Shown: positions 50,135-64,000 of the stretch, one piece after another
Position numbering within the stretch: the stretch's first letter is position 1
Layout of the letters: each line of letters begins with the position of its first letter
Assembly: GCF_009914755.1 (NCBI RefSeq)
Contig: NC_060931.1
Source of the DNA: the human T2T-CHM13v2.0 reference genome, Homo sapiens
Length of the DNA: 64,000 nucleotides
Reading direction: 5' to 3' (one strand)
Made by a program: the position numbers and the translations under genes
Notes under the pieces: model-generated
Seen by the model: the letters and a program-made list of their open reading frames with translations, nothing else
Told to the model about the DNA's origin: nothing
Database searches by the model: none

Positions 50135-50750
50135 AACAACTGTCTATAAATCAGGGCTTCCCATGACTCCCTCTTATGTTTGATAATTTGGTATAATGGT
50201 TCACAAAATTCAGGGAAACATTTGACTTCCTAGTATCAGCTTATTGTAAAGGATACTATAAGTGAATAGCCATTTGGAAGAGCTGCACAGGCCAAGGCAT
50301 GGAGGCAGGGAATAGAGCCTCTGTGCCCTCTCGGTACATACCATTCATCCAGCACATCCACGTGTTCACCAACTTGGAAGCTTTCAAACCCCATTGTTTA
50401 AGGGGCTTTATGGAGGTTCCATTGCACAGGCATGCTTGATTTCATCAATGGCCATTGGTGATTGAACTCAATCTCCAACCCCCCCCCTTCCCTGGAAGTG
50501 ACAAAGTGGGGCAGAAAATTTCAACCCTCTCAACATGTGGCTGTTTCTTCTGGCAACAAGCCATCATTTGGAGGCTCTCTAGAGGCCATCCAGGGCCACT
50601 TATTTAGCATAAATCAGGTATGATTGAAAGGGACTTGTTATGAAAAACAAAGATGCTCCCATTATCTCCACCACTTAGGAAATCCAGTGGTTTTAAAAGC
50701 TCTGTGTCAGGAACTAGGACAAAGACCAGATATATATTTCTTACTGTCAT
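50135..50750 (-). mobile_element. MER21-family LTR inserted in old L1M (49400-52130)
   Basis: ctataaatcagggcttcccatgactccc...agaccagatatatatttctt. Confidence 0.75.
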
Positions 50751-51114
50751 AAACAAACAGCTACCACTGTATGTATTATGAGAAGAGGGGCTTTAGAATA
50801 CGAATTGGGGTTTACATCTTTGTGAGTGGAGCTGGAGGGAGGACTGGAAGTCAGAAGGACTTCAGTCAGGAAATCAGAAAAAAATTCAAGAATGACTTGG
50901 GCCTGCACATTGGGTGGGTAGACAGGTGCTTGCAGCAAAGTCCAAGAAGCCACGATGACTTTGAGTTACCCAGAATGACCACAAAGTGGAGGAGCATGGA
51001 GAAGTCTGGGAAGCCACCACTAGTGGATGTTTTTTACTTCCAATAATATGGTTTTGCTTCACATGCTCCTTCTAAACCTCAGTTTCTTCCTTTGGCAAAG
51101 TTTAATCTAGAAAA

Positions 51115-51502
51115 TATTAGGGATTGTATTGTGTCCCCTGAAATTCGTATGTTGAAACTCTACCCACTGATACTTCAGAATGTGAGTGTATTTGGAGATA
51201 AGGCCTTTAATGAGGCAACTAAGGTTTAGTGAGGTCATATGAGCAGGTCCTAATCCAATAGACTGGTGTCCCTAAAGAAAAGAAAGAGACACCAAAGGTG
51301 TGAGAGCCTAGAGAAGAGACTATGCAGGATACAGTAGGAAGGTAGCCATCTACAAGCCAAGGAGAGGGGCCCTGGAGAAAACCAACCTGCTGGCACCGTA
51401 ATTGTGAGTTTTCAGCCTCCGGAACTGTGAAAAAATAAATTTTTGTTGTTTAAACCACTGAGTTTGTGGTATTTTGTTATGTCAGCCCTAACAAATTAAT
51501 AC
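51115..51502 (+). mobile_element. MLT1A/B MaLR LTR
   Basis: gtgtcccctgaaattcgtatgttgaa...cagccctaacaaattaataca. Confidence 0.85.
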
Positions 51503-53041
51503 AGAATAGATGTTTGGAAATGTAGTTTCCAGCTTTAGAAGTGAGTGTGGTCATGGTGCTGAGTTGACAGCAATAATACAACAGATTTTTAGCATCCTCC
51601 AAAGCTGACCAATGAGGGAGTCTGTGTGTGTGTGTGTGAGTGTGTGTGTATGTGTCTGTGGGGTAGTGTTTGTAATAATACATTTATGAATTTAACAAAA
51701 ATTTTGTATTTCAATATTAATGCTTGAGTTGTAACACATTTGTTTGGTGGGGGCCTCTTTAAATTGACTCTTTGGTTCTTTTGAGATGATCTAAGTGGTC
51801 TCTAAGAGCTTCCTTGCTTTTTAGAATAAGACAGTCCAGGATTATGTTGTACATTTACTGTTCCAGAGCTGGAATCAATTATTTCTCAAAGGAGCCTTGA
51901 TTTCCTTTAGTGTGAAATGGTAATGAGGAAACACAGGCTGGGTAATAGGGGTGCTTGTTACTATTATGTTGGTAATTATTTCTATGCCTTTTTGGTGGAC
52001 ATAGATAGAAAATAACAGATTATGAGTTCATGCCAATATTTTTGACTTATGTTTAGGACTACAGAGTCTTCACATACTTTATTGGCTTTAAATCTGTATC
52101 TCCTTTCTCCAACGCCGAAAAATTGCTAGTTCTTAATGTAGTAGATTCTATTAAAGCTGTGGGTGACCTGCCCAGACTCTACTTACTTGGCTGGTGCACA
52201 CATCCCTTGGAGTGGTGAGTATTAGCAACAAATAGCTCACAGATACACCCTTCTCTGAGAAAGTATCTTGGTTGTGAGTCATGCCCCTTGAGAGCCACTA
52301 TATTCTTCTCCTGGAGTCAGCCTGCAGTCAATGGCTGACTAATACTGTATTTCAAAATACCAACCCTCTTGACTCAGGGGTTAATGTGGTGTTTGTTATT
52401 GGGGGCAAAAATATTGCATCTCCCAGATCTTCATAGTAAACTATAGCCTTTAATGCTAAAATTATCCTTGTCTTTCTTATTCCTCTTGCTATTTTTTCTG
52501 CATCTGTTTGCTTTCTCTTTTATAATTGCATTGGCTCATGTGTCCTTAAACATTTTTCTCTGGTTTGCTCATTTTCTCACTTAATTTAGTATTCAAGTTC
52601 ACCTTCTCAGGGAAGCTTGACGTTCTGGCAACACTTCTGATCTTTTCTCCAGCTTTATCTTTCTTCATAGCACTTGCCGCTATGTGAATTGATACTAATT
52701 GTTTTTTTTTTTTTTTTTTTTTTTACTAATTTGTTGTCTCTCTCTTTCTTAGAATGCAAACTTTGTGGAGGTAGGGATTATGTTTTCCTTCCACCCTATC
52801 CCCAATCCTCCGGCAAGCTCATGGCACAGAGTAGGTACTCATAAACATTTGTGGAATGAAGGAAAGGTACTTGTCTAAAGCATAAGATATAAGCACCCTT
52901 TCATGAAAGGCCAGAAATATGAGAAAGCAGAGTAAAGGGACTTAGAATCCAAGACAGAACTAATTATATAATGTAAATACTTGACAAGCATCAGAGAAAG
53001 GAAGTCTGGGGCATCTAGTCGTGTGATGAGAGGATGCCTGC

Positions 53042-53170
53042 CTTTGAAACTGAGCACGTCTGTGGGTCTTTGAATCCTTTTCTCTGAACAGGTCGTAGTT
53101 GGGCAGATGGCACAGCCAGCATGCCTCCATGACTTGCCAACCACATTTCTCATGGACCCCTTTGTTGGAC
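53042..53170 (-). pseudogene. Fossil exon: second half of SH3-like domain
   Basis: Acceptor cattcag| after a 163-nt intron; phase 0; VQQRGP*EMWLASHGGMLAVPSAQLRPVQRKGFKDPQTCSVSK; donor AAG|gcaggc (GC or decayed GT). Confidence 0.5.
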
Positions 53171-53333
53171 CTGAATGTGTTCAAATATTCGGGGCTTCTG
53201 TAGTCACCCTTTCATTTAATATCCAAATAAAAGAGCTTGAACCTTCATAAGACAAAATGTGGTAACACTTTGGAGACATTCAAGTGTACTTTTGTGTTTA
53301 GATTGGTGGGGAACTTGTCCTGCCATATCTTAC

Positions 53334-53496
53334 TATGAAGTCTTGTGAGCATTCGAATTCTGTGTCACTCCACAAATGATATTCCAGGATCTTATGGTCA
53401 GCCCTCTATCTCATGCTGCCTAACTGCAAGTAAGACATCTCTTTTTCTTCATCTTCTCAAAGAACCTCCAGAATATGATCTTTGTGTGATTTTTTA
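53334..53496 (-). pseudogene. Fossil exon: end of ANK-like repeat plus first half of SH3-like domain
   Basis: Acceptor aatcttcag|, donor ATA|gtaaga; 163 nt, phase 2 to 0; KKSHKDHILEVL*EDEEKEMSYLQLGSMR*RADHKILEYHLWSDTEFECSQDFI. Confidence 0.55.
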
Positions 53497-54055
53497 CTGA
53501 AGATTTGAGGGTGAAGGGAGTTCATATTTACAGGTGTTATTACAACAAAGTTCAAGAAATGCCCTCATATTAGGAATCCTCTATTGTTGTTCTAATTAGT
53601 TCATTGGCAATTTCCCAATACAGGACATTTCTCATGGGCTACGTCCCTACATAGGCCTTAACTACTGTCACATTGCAGGGATATGTTCATTCTGGATCAT
53701 TTTTCTTATACCTGTGTCCCTTATTCCAGACTCCTAAGTCTTATCTTGATACACCAGTGGACAACTACAAAATGCCTATTATTCTTTTTTGCAGAGCAAT
53801 TTAATTCTCTTTGTTAATGCTTCTCCATTACTGGCTAGCTTGAGAAAAAGGAGGGTTTACTCTTCTCAAAAAGATCAATCAAGCTATTTTCTTTCTTTCT
53901 TTTTTTTTTTTTTTAAAAAAAAGCAAATCTCTCCCTATGAAAAATCATTCTGAATTTCCTTGTCATCTGCTTAAGTCATAGTTTTCTTTTAAAATAATTA
54001 TTTTCTGCCTGCCACATTATCATATTGTGTCAGATTCTAGTCAATTATTGTAAAC

Positions 54056-54335
54056 CTTAAAGCCATTCAAGGAGAATTTGCATAGATGTCTGCTTTGATT
54101 TTCACCTGTAGCTTCTAGAAGCCATACTGCATTCCATTTTCCCAGGGGGTGTGATGAGACATCACTAATGCACCCAAAGTTCTTGATAACATTGGTCAAT
54201 GTGGTTTTACTACTTCTTGGGTTAATTATGGTAATTAATAGGCTTCCAGAAAGTCACATATTTCTTAGCGTGTTTTTTGTGCGTTGCCATAGTCTCACCA
54301 TTTTTCAAATCTACTCCATATCACCATGTCCCTTC
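54056..54335 (-). pseudogene. Fossil exon with ankyrin-repeat-like motifs, abutting an MLT1 LTR
   Basis: Reads YGVDLKNGET and, after a frameshift, HTPWENGMQYGF*KLQVKIKADIYANSP*MAL; phase-2 donor AG|gtttac matches the next exon. Confidence 0.4.
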
Positions 54336-54901
54336 TGTCGTGGGTTAAATTGTGTCCTGCAAAAAGATATGTTAAAATCCTAACCTTAGATGATATGGTT
54401 TGGCCGTGTCCCCACCCAAATCTCATCTTGAATTGTAGTTCCCATAATCCCCACATCTTGTGGGAGGGACCAGGTGGAGAAAATTGAAATGTGGGTGCAG
54501 TTTCCCCCATCCTGTTCTCATGATAGTGAGTTCTCATGAGATCTAACGGTTTCATAAGTGGCTTTTCCCCCTTTTGTTTCACTTCTCCTTGCTGCTGTCA
54601 TGTGAAAAAAGACGTGTTTGCTTCCCCTTCCACCATGATTGTAAGTTTCCTGAGGCCTCCCCAGTGATGCAGAACTGTGAGTCAATTAAACCACTTTCCT
54701 TTATAAATTACACGGTCTCGGGTATTTCTTCCTAGCAGGATGAGAACGGGCTAATACACTAGGAGGTATTGGTGAACATGACCTTATTTGGAAATAGAGT
54801 CTTTGCAGGTTTAATTGAATAGGACTCTGAGAGAAGACATTCATGTGTAAAGCCACCCAGTTTGTGGTAATTTGTTATGGCAGCCCTAAGGGAACTAATA
54901 C
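54336..54901 (+). mobile_element. MLT1 LTR with nested THE1-type LTR (54391-54758)
   Basis: tgtcgtgggttaaattgtgtcc / tgatatggtttggccgtgtcccc...ctaataca / gaccttatttggaaatag. Confidence 0.85.
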
Positions 54902-56224
54902 TAACGTTGATTTATGTCTGACATTTATTCTTGATTAGCTTTGCTTATTTGATTAAGGATTTAAAAGAAAAATGTTCATTTTCACTTCCTTTTAATACAG
55001 TGATTTATGCTTGTGTTTTGAATTATTTTCTTCTTATTATTCTAAGAGCCTTTCTGACTGTATTCTCCTAACTTTTAAACCATTGAGTAATTAACACTGC
55101 AATGATGAACAGACACCAGTGACTGAACCTGACAAAGATTTATTTGCCACAAATGAAAAGTCTACTGAGATTGGCCAGCCTTCCTCCACATCAGATGAAA
55201 TTGCGTCATCTGAAACACTGGCCATCATGGTAAGAAGTCATGGAGTAAGAAGAGATGGAAGAGACACAGTCTCTTAACTGCCTCAGTCCAGGATAGAAAT
55301 TTTGTCTACTCAGAGTTCATTGGCCAGAAGTAGTTTTAAGGCCCCAACATGACCACGAGATAAGGTGCCAAATACAGGGGAGAACTTGGAAAATTCAATT
55401 AATAATGTCTCTTCTGCTACTGTTTCCTTGGTTATTTTTTTTCTTCAAGTATAGTTAAACTCCATAAAGCAACAGATTTTTCTGTGAGCATAGCTTAGCT
55501 ATATCTCTTATGTTTTAGAACATCTTCAGCCAGTATCCCTTCAGCTATGTATTTTGTCTCCAGTTACATGTGTGGTATTATCTACCATGGTCCCATGGGT
55601 CTCAGGTGCTCTGTTCTGTTTTTTTTCTTTTTCCTTGGCACATAAGTTTGAATAATCTGGCCCATCCTCAAGTTTGCTGACCTTTCTGAATGTCAGCTGA
55701 AATCCTAGGGTGTTGACCAGTGTCTTTCCCCTCTGGGCATCAGAACTCTAGCATCTCCCTAGCTCTGCGCAACCTCAGAAATCCCTGTTAGCTTTTCTAC
55801 CAGGAGCTGCTCTCTGCTAGGCCTCTAGAGTTTTGCTCAGTACCTGTGCTGTATAGGATTCTGCGTGGGATAGGGACCCCCTCCCTAAGCCTTCTAGGGA
55901 TCCTTCTCAGAATCCCTCTTCTCTCAGACACATGATCCACAATCTCATACACTTTAGTGGTCCAGTGTCTGTTTCCTTCCCCACGCCGTATTTGGCTGTA
56001 CACTGAGTCTCCATTTCCATTTGGAAAATGCCGCAGGAGAAACCCAGGATGCATGTGGCGCTAACCTCCCATACGTCCCTTCTAGCCAAAATCACAGTGT
56101 TGTGCAGGCTGCTCCCCAGCACCTGAAATTGTGGCAACACACACTTTATCCAGCTTCATAGTTGTTTACCACAATACCAGCAAAAGTCTGTTATTACATA
56201 CATTTTAAAGTACGGTGTTCTCTC

Positions 56225-56523
56225 GGCCGGGCGCGGTGGCTCACGCCTGTAATCCCAGCACTTTGAAAAGCCGAGGTGGGCGGATCACGAAGTCAAGAGA
56301 TGGAGACCATCCTGGCCAACATGGTGAAACCCCGTCTCTACTAAAAATACAAATATTAGCTGGGTGTGATGGCATGCGCCTGTAGTCCCAGCTACTGGGG
56401 AGGCTGAGGCAGGAGAATCGCTTGAACCCGGGAGGCGAAGGTTGCATCGCGCCACTGCACTCCAACCTGGCGACAGAGCGAGATTCCATCTCAAAAAACA
56501 AAACAAAACAAAAAAACCCAAAA
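56225..56523 (+). mobile_element. AluSc
   Basis: ggatcacgaagtcaagagat diagnostic; small internal deletion; degenerate TSD aaagt(ac/gt)ggtgt(t/c)ctct. Confidence 0.9.
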
Positions 56524-56574
56524 AGTGTGGTGTCCTCTTTTTCATAATTTTCCAAAGAGTGTAATTCTACTTTT

Positions 56575-56772
56575 ATGTATGTATGCATGTATGTATGTAT
56601 GTATGTATTCTTTTTAGAGACAGTCTTGCTTTGTTGCTCAGGCTGAAACGCAGTGGTGGTTCACAAGCATAATCATCACGCCCTACAGTGTTAAACTCCT
56701 GGCCTGAAGTGATCCTCTCGCCTCAGGCTTCCAAAGTGCTGAGATTACAGGCCTGAGCCACCATGCCCAGCC
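56575..56772 (-). mobile_element. Old monomer-length Alu (AluJ/FLAM-like) with (TATG)n tail
   Basis: TSD tctactttta on both sides. Confidence 0.75.
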
Positions 56773-57429
56773 AACTCTACTTTTAATTGTTTATTTGATG
56801 AAATAATTTGTTAGGCTTTTTTTTTTCCTTCTTTATTTTTTATGTTTTATAATTTTAGTATTTGCCATCAAATAATATGGCCTATACATTTACAACTTTT
56901 TGAAATGAACAGAGGCTCATTTTTGGCTTAATAGACAATTAGTTTTAAGATAATCACTTCACAGTTCCATAAAATGATTATATAACCCTTGTAAAATTTA
57001 ATGTTAATTTATTTAACCATCTCAATTAATCACTCCAATTTTCTATGTCCTTGCTTGATTTTGGTTTAGTTAATTACTCAAATACAAATAATATTGTGTA
57101 AAAGTTTCTCATAATTATTGTGATCTTGTCAATTTATTTTCCTTTTTTGTTTTACAGTTTTTGCTTAATATATTTTGGTGTTATGTTATTGACTGAATGA
57201 AGGTTTATGCCTTTCATTCTAATTTCATATTTTCATCCTATACTTTTTATTATTATGAAATTATCTTTGTTGTGATCATTTTTTCTTTGACTTGTAGATT
57301 GGTTAAAATTAATTTTGCTATTTTTGTCCTTTTTATTATTTTGCCAGATAAATTATTGTAGATCTTTTTCTAACTTTGTTATTTTGTTTCTAGACCTGTT
57401 AGTATAGACTGAGTATAGCTCAATTTTCT

Positions 57430-59784
<2,355 letters not shown>

Positions 59785-60166
59785 CTAAAACAGTCTGAGT
59801 GTCTTTGCCTTTTGATAGATGTATGCAGTCATTTAGGTTTCAGTTTTAACTGGTATGTTAAATCTGATATTGTCTTGTGCTCTGAGATATATATGTAGTA
59901 TGTTTTATAACATTCTTTATTAATGGCCACATGATGTTACATAGCGTATTTTTGTTGATGTTTGCTATTTATTTTCAATAAATAATAGTTTGTTTACTTT
60001 TAAACATTAATTTAGAAGATATACATCCATTTAAAAGTTCCACTTGTGGTTATGTTTAGGTCAGAAAAAACTTTTATAGTAGACACCAATGGAAGTGGGG
60101 ACTGGCTGGTTTATAACACTTTTTATTTTAAGTCTTAATGTATTGTCCTCCTATAGTCACCTAGTA

Positions 60167-60383
60167 CAGAAGTTCTTAATCAGGGTAATTTGCCCCCATA
60201 GGGTGCTTGTCAATATCTGGAAACATTTTTAGTTTTCATAACCTGGGGAGAGAGGGTTCCAATGACATCTAGTGAGTAGAGACCAGGGACATTGCTAATC
60301 GTCCCTCAATGTGTAGGACAGTCCCCAACAACAAAGAATTATCCAGGCTCAAACGGCAATAATGCAGATGTTAAGAAACCCTG
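60167..60383. mobile_element. MER20 hAT element
   Basis: CAG...CTG termini; 8-bp degenerate TSD acctagta/atctagtt. Confidence 0.85.
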
Positions 60384-60539
60384 ATCTAGTTAAACATTTT
60401 TATTTTACATACAAAGAATTTGAGACTCACAGAAGTGAGGCATCCTGTCCAAATTCACTCCACTAGTTAGTGCCAGAATGAAGGCAATAACCCAAGGCTG
60501 TAGCCTTTTCTACCACAGCACTCTACCTCCTGAACAGAG

Positions 60540-60797
60540 GTTCATTTAAAACAAGCCACTCCTGTGGCTGACATATGATAATATGTTAGATGCCCTTGCA
60601 CAGGGCACCCTTTTTCACTGAAAGCTAGCAGCTGTAGTTTTTTTTCCCGGTAAATCTGAGACCATTTCTGCTTATTTGGCTTCTCAGCTGAATAAGATCA
60701 ACTAAAATGTGGGTATTGCTATAAGACTTCAGTAAATGAGAATAGCCCCATGAGCAGCAAGCACTTTTGGTTTTCTGCAAAATATTAAATGTGTAAT
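60540..60797 (-). pseudogene. Candidate fossil exon with weak ankyrin-like motifs
   Basis: Acceptor ctcctctcaaattctgtag|AT; reads KSACCSWGYSHLLKSY and, after a frameshift, VQGHL; 3' end uncertain. Confidence 0.3.
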
Positions 60798-63184
60798 CTA
60801 CAGAATTTGAGAGGAGGTAATCTACTAAGAGTTCATCCCATTCCACTGCACATCAGTCATGGCCAGGCAGACCGACTCTGCCTGGACAAATCAAGGGAGG
60901 GAAAGCTTAGGATTCTCAGATGCTGGTTGTAATGGTGATTATTACAAATGCAAGGTAGAATAGAAATTGCAACTGCTATTATGGCGACCATAAGGTAACA
61001 ATTGAATTTATGTTAATAAATCAATCAGGAAAGAGTTTGTCAAACAGAACAATATGGGTTTTGTTGAGAAAGTGATTTGGAAAGGGAGTGAGGAAGGTAT
61101 GAGGTCGGGAAGTGCTTTAACATGACAAGAGATGCAATTAAATTTTCCAAGCCCTAAAACAAGCCCTGCCTCCAGGTTCTACAAAGGAGCCAACCCACTC
61201 TAAAGACCCTAAATTCCTGAACCAGAATTATTATTCCTGCAGGGAAAATTGCAAGGAGAATTTTAAGAGTTAGTCAAGGTGGCTGACTCAACTCTATAGT
61301 TAGTCAATGTCTGCAAGCTGGAGAAGGAAAAACCAAATGGTTTCTGGGAACAAATCAGCTAGGAAGAAGATCTTTGAGGCATTGCCTATCATCCAAGGGA
61401 GGAGGAGAAGAAAACACTCTTTATTTAGATCAGCATTACAGATGTGGACAGAGATAAACAAATCATCAAAATTAAAATAAAAATGAATTTTAGTTTTGAA
61501 AACTATATGGAAATTTCTAAAAGTGGACTTTTGTTCTATAACTAATTTTTTAATTCATCTCTTACCCCTCAACCTGAGTTATTCCCCATTTTTTCTGTCT
61601 TTTCCAACTCAATTACTTGTACTACCATCTACAGAGTTGCTCAATCCACAGACTTGGAGGCGGTTGTTGGTTTTATATTCCTCCAGATCCTGTCACAAGC
61701 AATCTAATATCAAATTGTATGGACTCTGTCTTCTAAAATGATCTGAATTGTAAGCACTTGAGATGCCTTCACTGCTATGACCCAGGTTAAGGCCACAGTA
61801 ATCGCTTATTTGGAAAACCATAGTCATTTTTCTGTATCCAACTCTTTACTTACTTCTAAGTTATTCTCTACACAACAGCAAGAGTTTTTGTTTGTTTGTT
61901 TGTTTTAAACAGCAATCAAATTCTATCACAGCCCCCCTTCTGGATATGGCCAAATGCCCTCTGGATAATTGGCCTCTATAATGATAATAATACCTTGAAT
62001 TTATGTACCATTATCAATTCATCCTCAAGCAACGCTATAATGGTGGTTTCATTGATTCTCATTCTGTGAATGAGGACATTGATTTTTCAGAAGGTTAAGT
62101 AACTTGCCCAAGGTCACAAAATTAGGAAGAATTATGATTCAAGTCTTTGATGTTTTTAGGCATATACTGGCAGTTATTTCTCCTTGTATTTGGGAAAAAG
62201 AAATTGGTTCTCTCCTCCTCCTCGCAAGAAAGGCTTTTTATGTTTTCCGTAACTCACTCTTCCCACAAGCATCAGGCAGCATTCTATTTCTTTTATTTTA
62301 ACATTTTGAATGTAAACTGGTTGTTGTGGTTAAATTTTCCACAGTTCCACATTATTATTTTAAAAAATAACCGAAGGAACAAGAAAAATAATTATGTTAT
62401 TTATAAGCCTAAGCTTCTGTAGTGCTTTTTGTACAATAAAACTTAATTCTAATTTTTGTTAAGCAAATGAGGTTCAACAAAGAATATTAGCCTAATAATG
62501 AAAAAGTGTAATTTGAAATACTTTATCTTGTTTTTCACATAAATTTGGAACTTTATTATCAAAAAACAGTTTTGAATGACATTTTGTATTTCACATTCAA
62601 TTAAATTCAATGCAATGCATTTAATATGCAAATGGGCTGGGGAGGCAGTAAAGGAAGTTGGCATTCAATGATAGACCAGAATTGGAGCCCAAAGGCCTGT
62701 GTTTGTGTTTACCACCTACTACTAAGAGCCTATGAAATTGTATAAGACAACTGTTGTCTCTAAATTTAAGCTGAACTGATGTGAAGAATGGGGGCTAACT
62801 CCTACCCCAAAAGGTTATTGTGACGATGAACAGAGACAACACATGCTCAAGTGTCTGCCATTGTGCCCAAGATGTAGGAGGACTTCGAAAGAGTTTACCA
62901 TATCTGAAGTTTAATAGATGTACTTACAGAGCCTGAAGGAGGCTTTAATAAATGGGTTACATGGGAAAGATTTCATGGAGTATATTACATTTAAACTACC
63001 TGTTAAAGAATGAGTAGAATTGCAACAAGTGGAGATGAGTGCTAAAAAAATTCCAATAGAGTAAATGGAATGAACAAAGGCAAAAACATACCTAGCTCTG
63101 ATTAGGAGCTACTTGTGGTGAGGGTTGACTTGGCGTAAAAGGTTTACAGAAGGACAGATGAGGAATTCATTGGATGATTAGATT

Positions 63185-63715
63185 GGGATATTTTATTTTA
63201 ATCAAATCTGAAAATATCATCCACTGTAAGATGCACCATTATTCTACACAGCACTCAGAAAGAAAGAACACAGCCAAGGAAACTGCTACTCTAAAAGTCT
63301 TTATTTCATCGAAGAATTCTTTTAGAACTAGACATCATGTATTATTCTCATGCATAAATAGAAAAGAAAATAAAAGCAAAATAAATTGGTTCAAGAATGC
63401 TTAAAATATCTTTCTATTTGGCATCCTGGGTCATTGAAGTCCTGCATTTTCATACAGTATCTGTGTGTACCACGAAAAACACAGTGATGTGGCATTTCTT
63501 AAAGGAGCACTTCACTGTTGCTGCTGGTGTTTTTTCCAAGCTACTCAAGCCAGTTCTACGAATTCTGATGTGTGTCCTCAGGCAGTGGCAACTACATCAT
63601 AACCACATCATGACCGTCATATGGCCAGCGATTTTAAGACAAACAGATTTCAGAGAGGGATATGTTAAATGCGAAAAAATAAAGTGTGGTTCTTAGAAAA
63701 TCTTTGAAATTTGGT
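63185..63715. mobile_element. Kanga/Tc2-type (pogo-related) DNA transposon fossil
   Basis: TIR-like taagatgcacc and ttcttagaaaatctttgaaat; minus-strand remnant AWK/TPAATVKCSFKKCHIT resembles the DDE_1 C-terminal motif. Confidence 0.6.
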
Positions 63716-63759
63716 GGCTGCAAAAGGCCTTGCAAAAATATTATGCTTAGAGTCTGTAC

Positions 63760-63919
63760 TTGAATTTGTAGCCAACTGAGAAGTACAAAATGTTTTTGAA
63801 TCAGATGGGCACTTTGGGTAAATCATCCTGGCACCAAGATACGAGGAGATGGGAAGGTGGGGGAGCCACAAGTTCTGCGGGCTGGTGAGAGATGAAGATG
63901 GTCCCAACCAAGGGATCAG
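63760..63919 (-). pseudogene. Candidate fossil exon (most 5' in window)
   Basis: Strong acceptor ctctttttttccattgtttcag|CTG; one frame open (ORF 63665..63967); donor weak (AA|gtacag). Confidence 0.3.
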
Positions 63920-64000
63920 CTGAAACAATGGAAAAAAAGAGACCATGTTCATAATACTTCCCTTCATTTTTTATAGAGAAAATCTTATCTATATTTAGGT

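Noticed and set aside
60863-60885. 9-bp hairpin ccaggcaga/tctgcctgg
   Set aside because: Within chance expectation for 64 kb; no RNA-gene context.

Overview
Primate (human-like) genomic DNA; AluY and an L1PA2/3-type L1 point to a catarrhine/hominoid genome. There is no intact cellular gene, RNA gene or CRISPR array. Much of the window is interspersed repeat: Alus, a near-full-length L1PA7-like LINE (21.4-27.7 kb), a 5'-truncated young L1PA (57.4-59.8 kb), old L1M, L2, MIR, MaLR/ERV LTRs, and hAT and Tc2 DNA transposon fossils. The main unexplained signal lies in the unique sequence between repeats. About 18 minus-strand exon-like blocks, most with polypyrimidine-AG acceptors and GT donors, run across the whole window. 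Several join in compatible phases into long reading frames with scattered stops. They reconstruct a fossil intron-containing gene with the apparent order ankyrin-like motifs, SH3-like domain, long low-complexity region, helical segment. It is probably a unitary pseudogene or lncRNA fossil. Also notable are a ~1.5-kb inversion inside an old L1 bounded by ~300-bp inverted duplications, an AT-rich palindrome in place of an Alu tail, a duplicated L1 5'UTR block, and several local tandem duplications. Repeat family names come from recognition of consensus sequences by eye, not from a search, and repeat boundaries are approximate.
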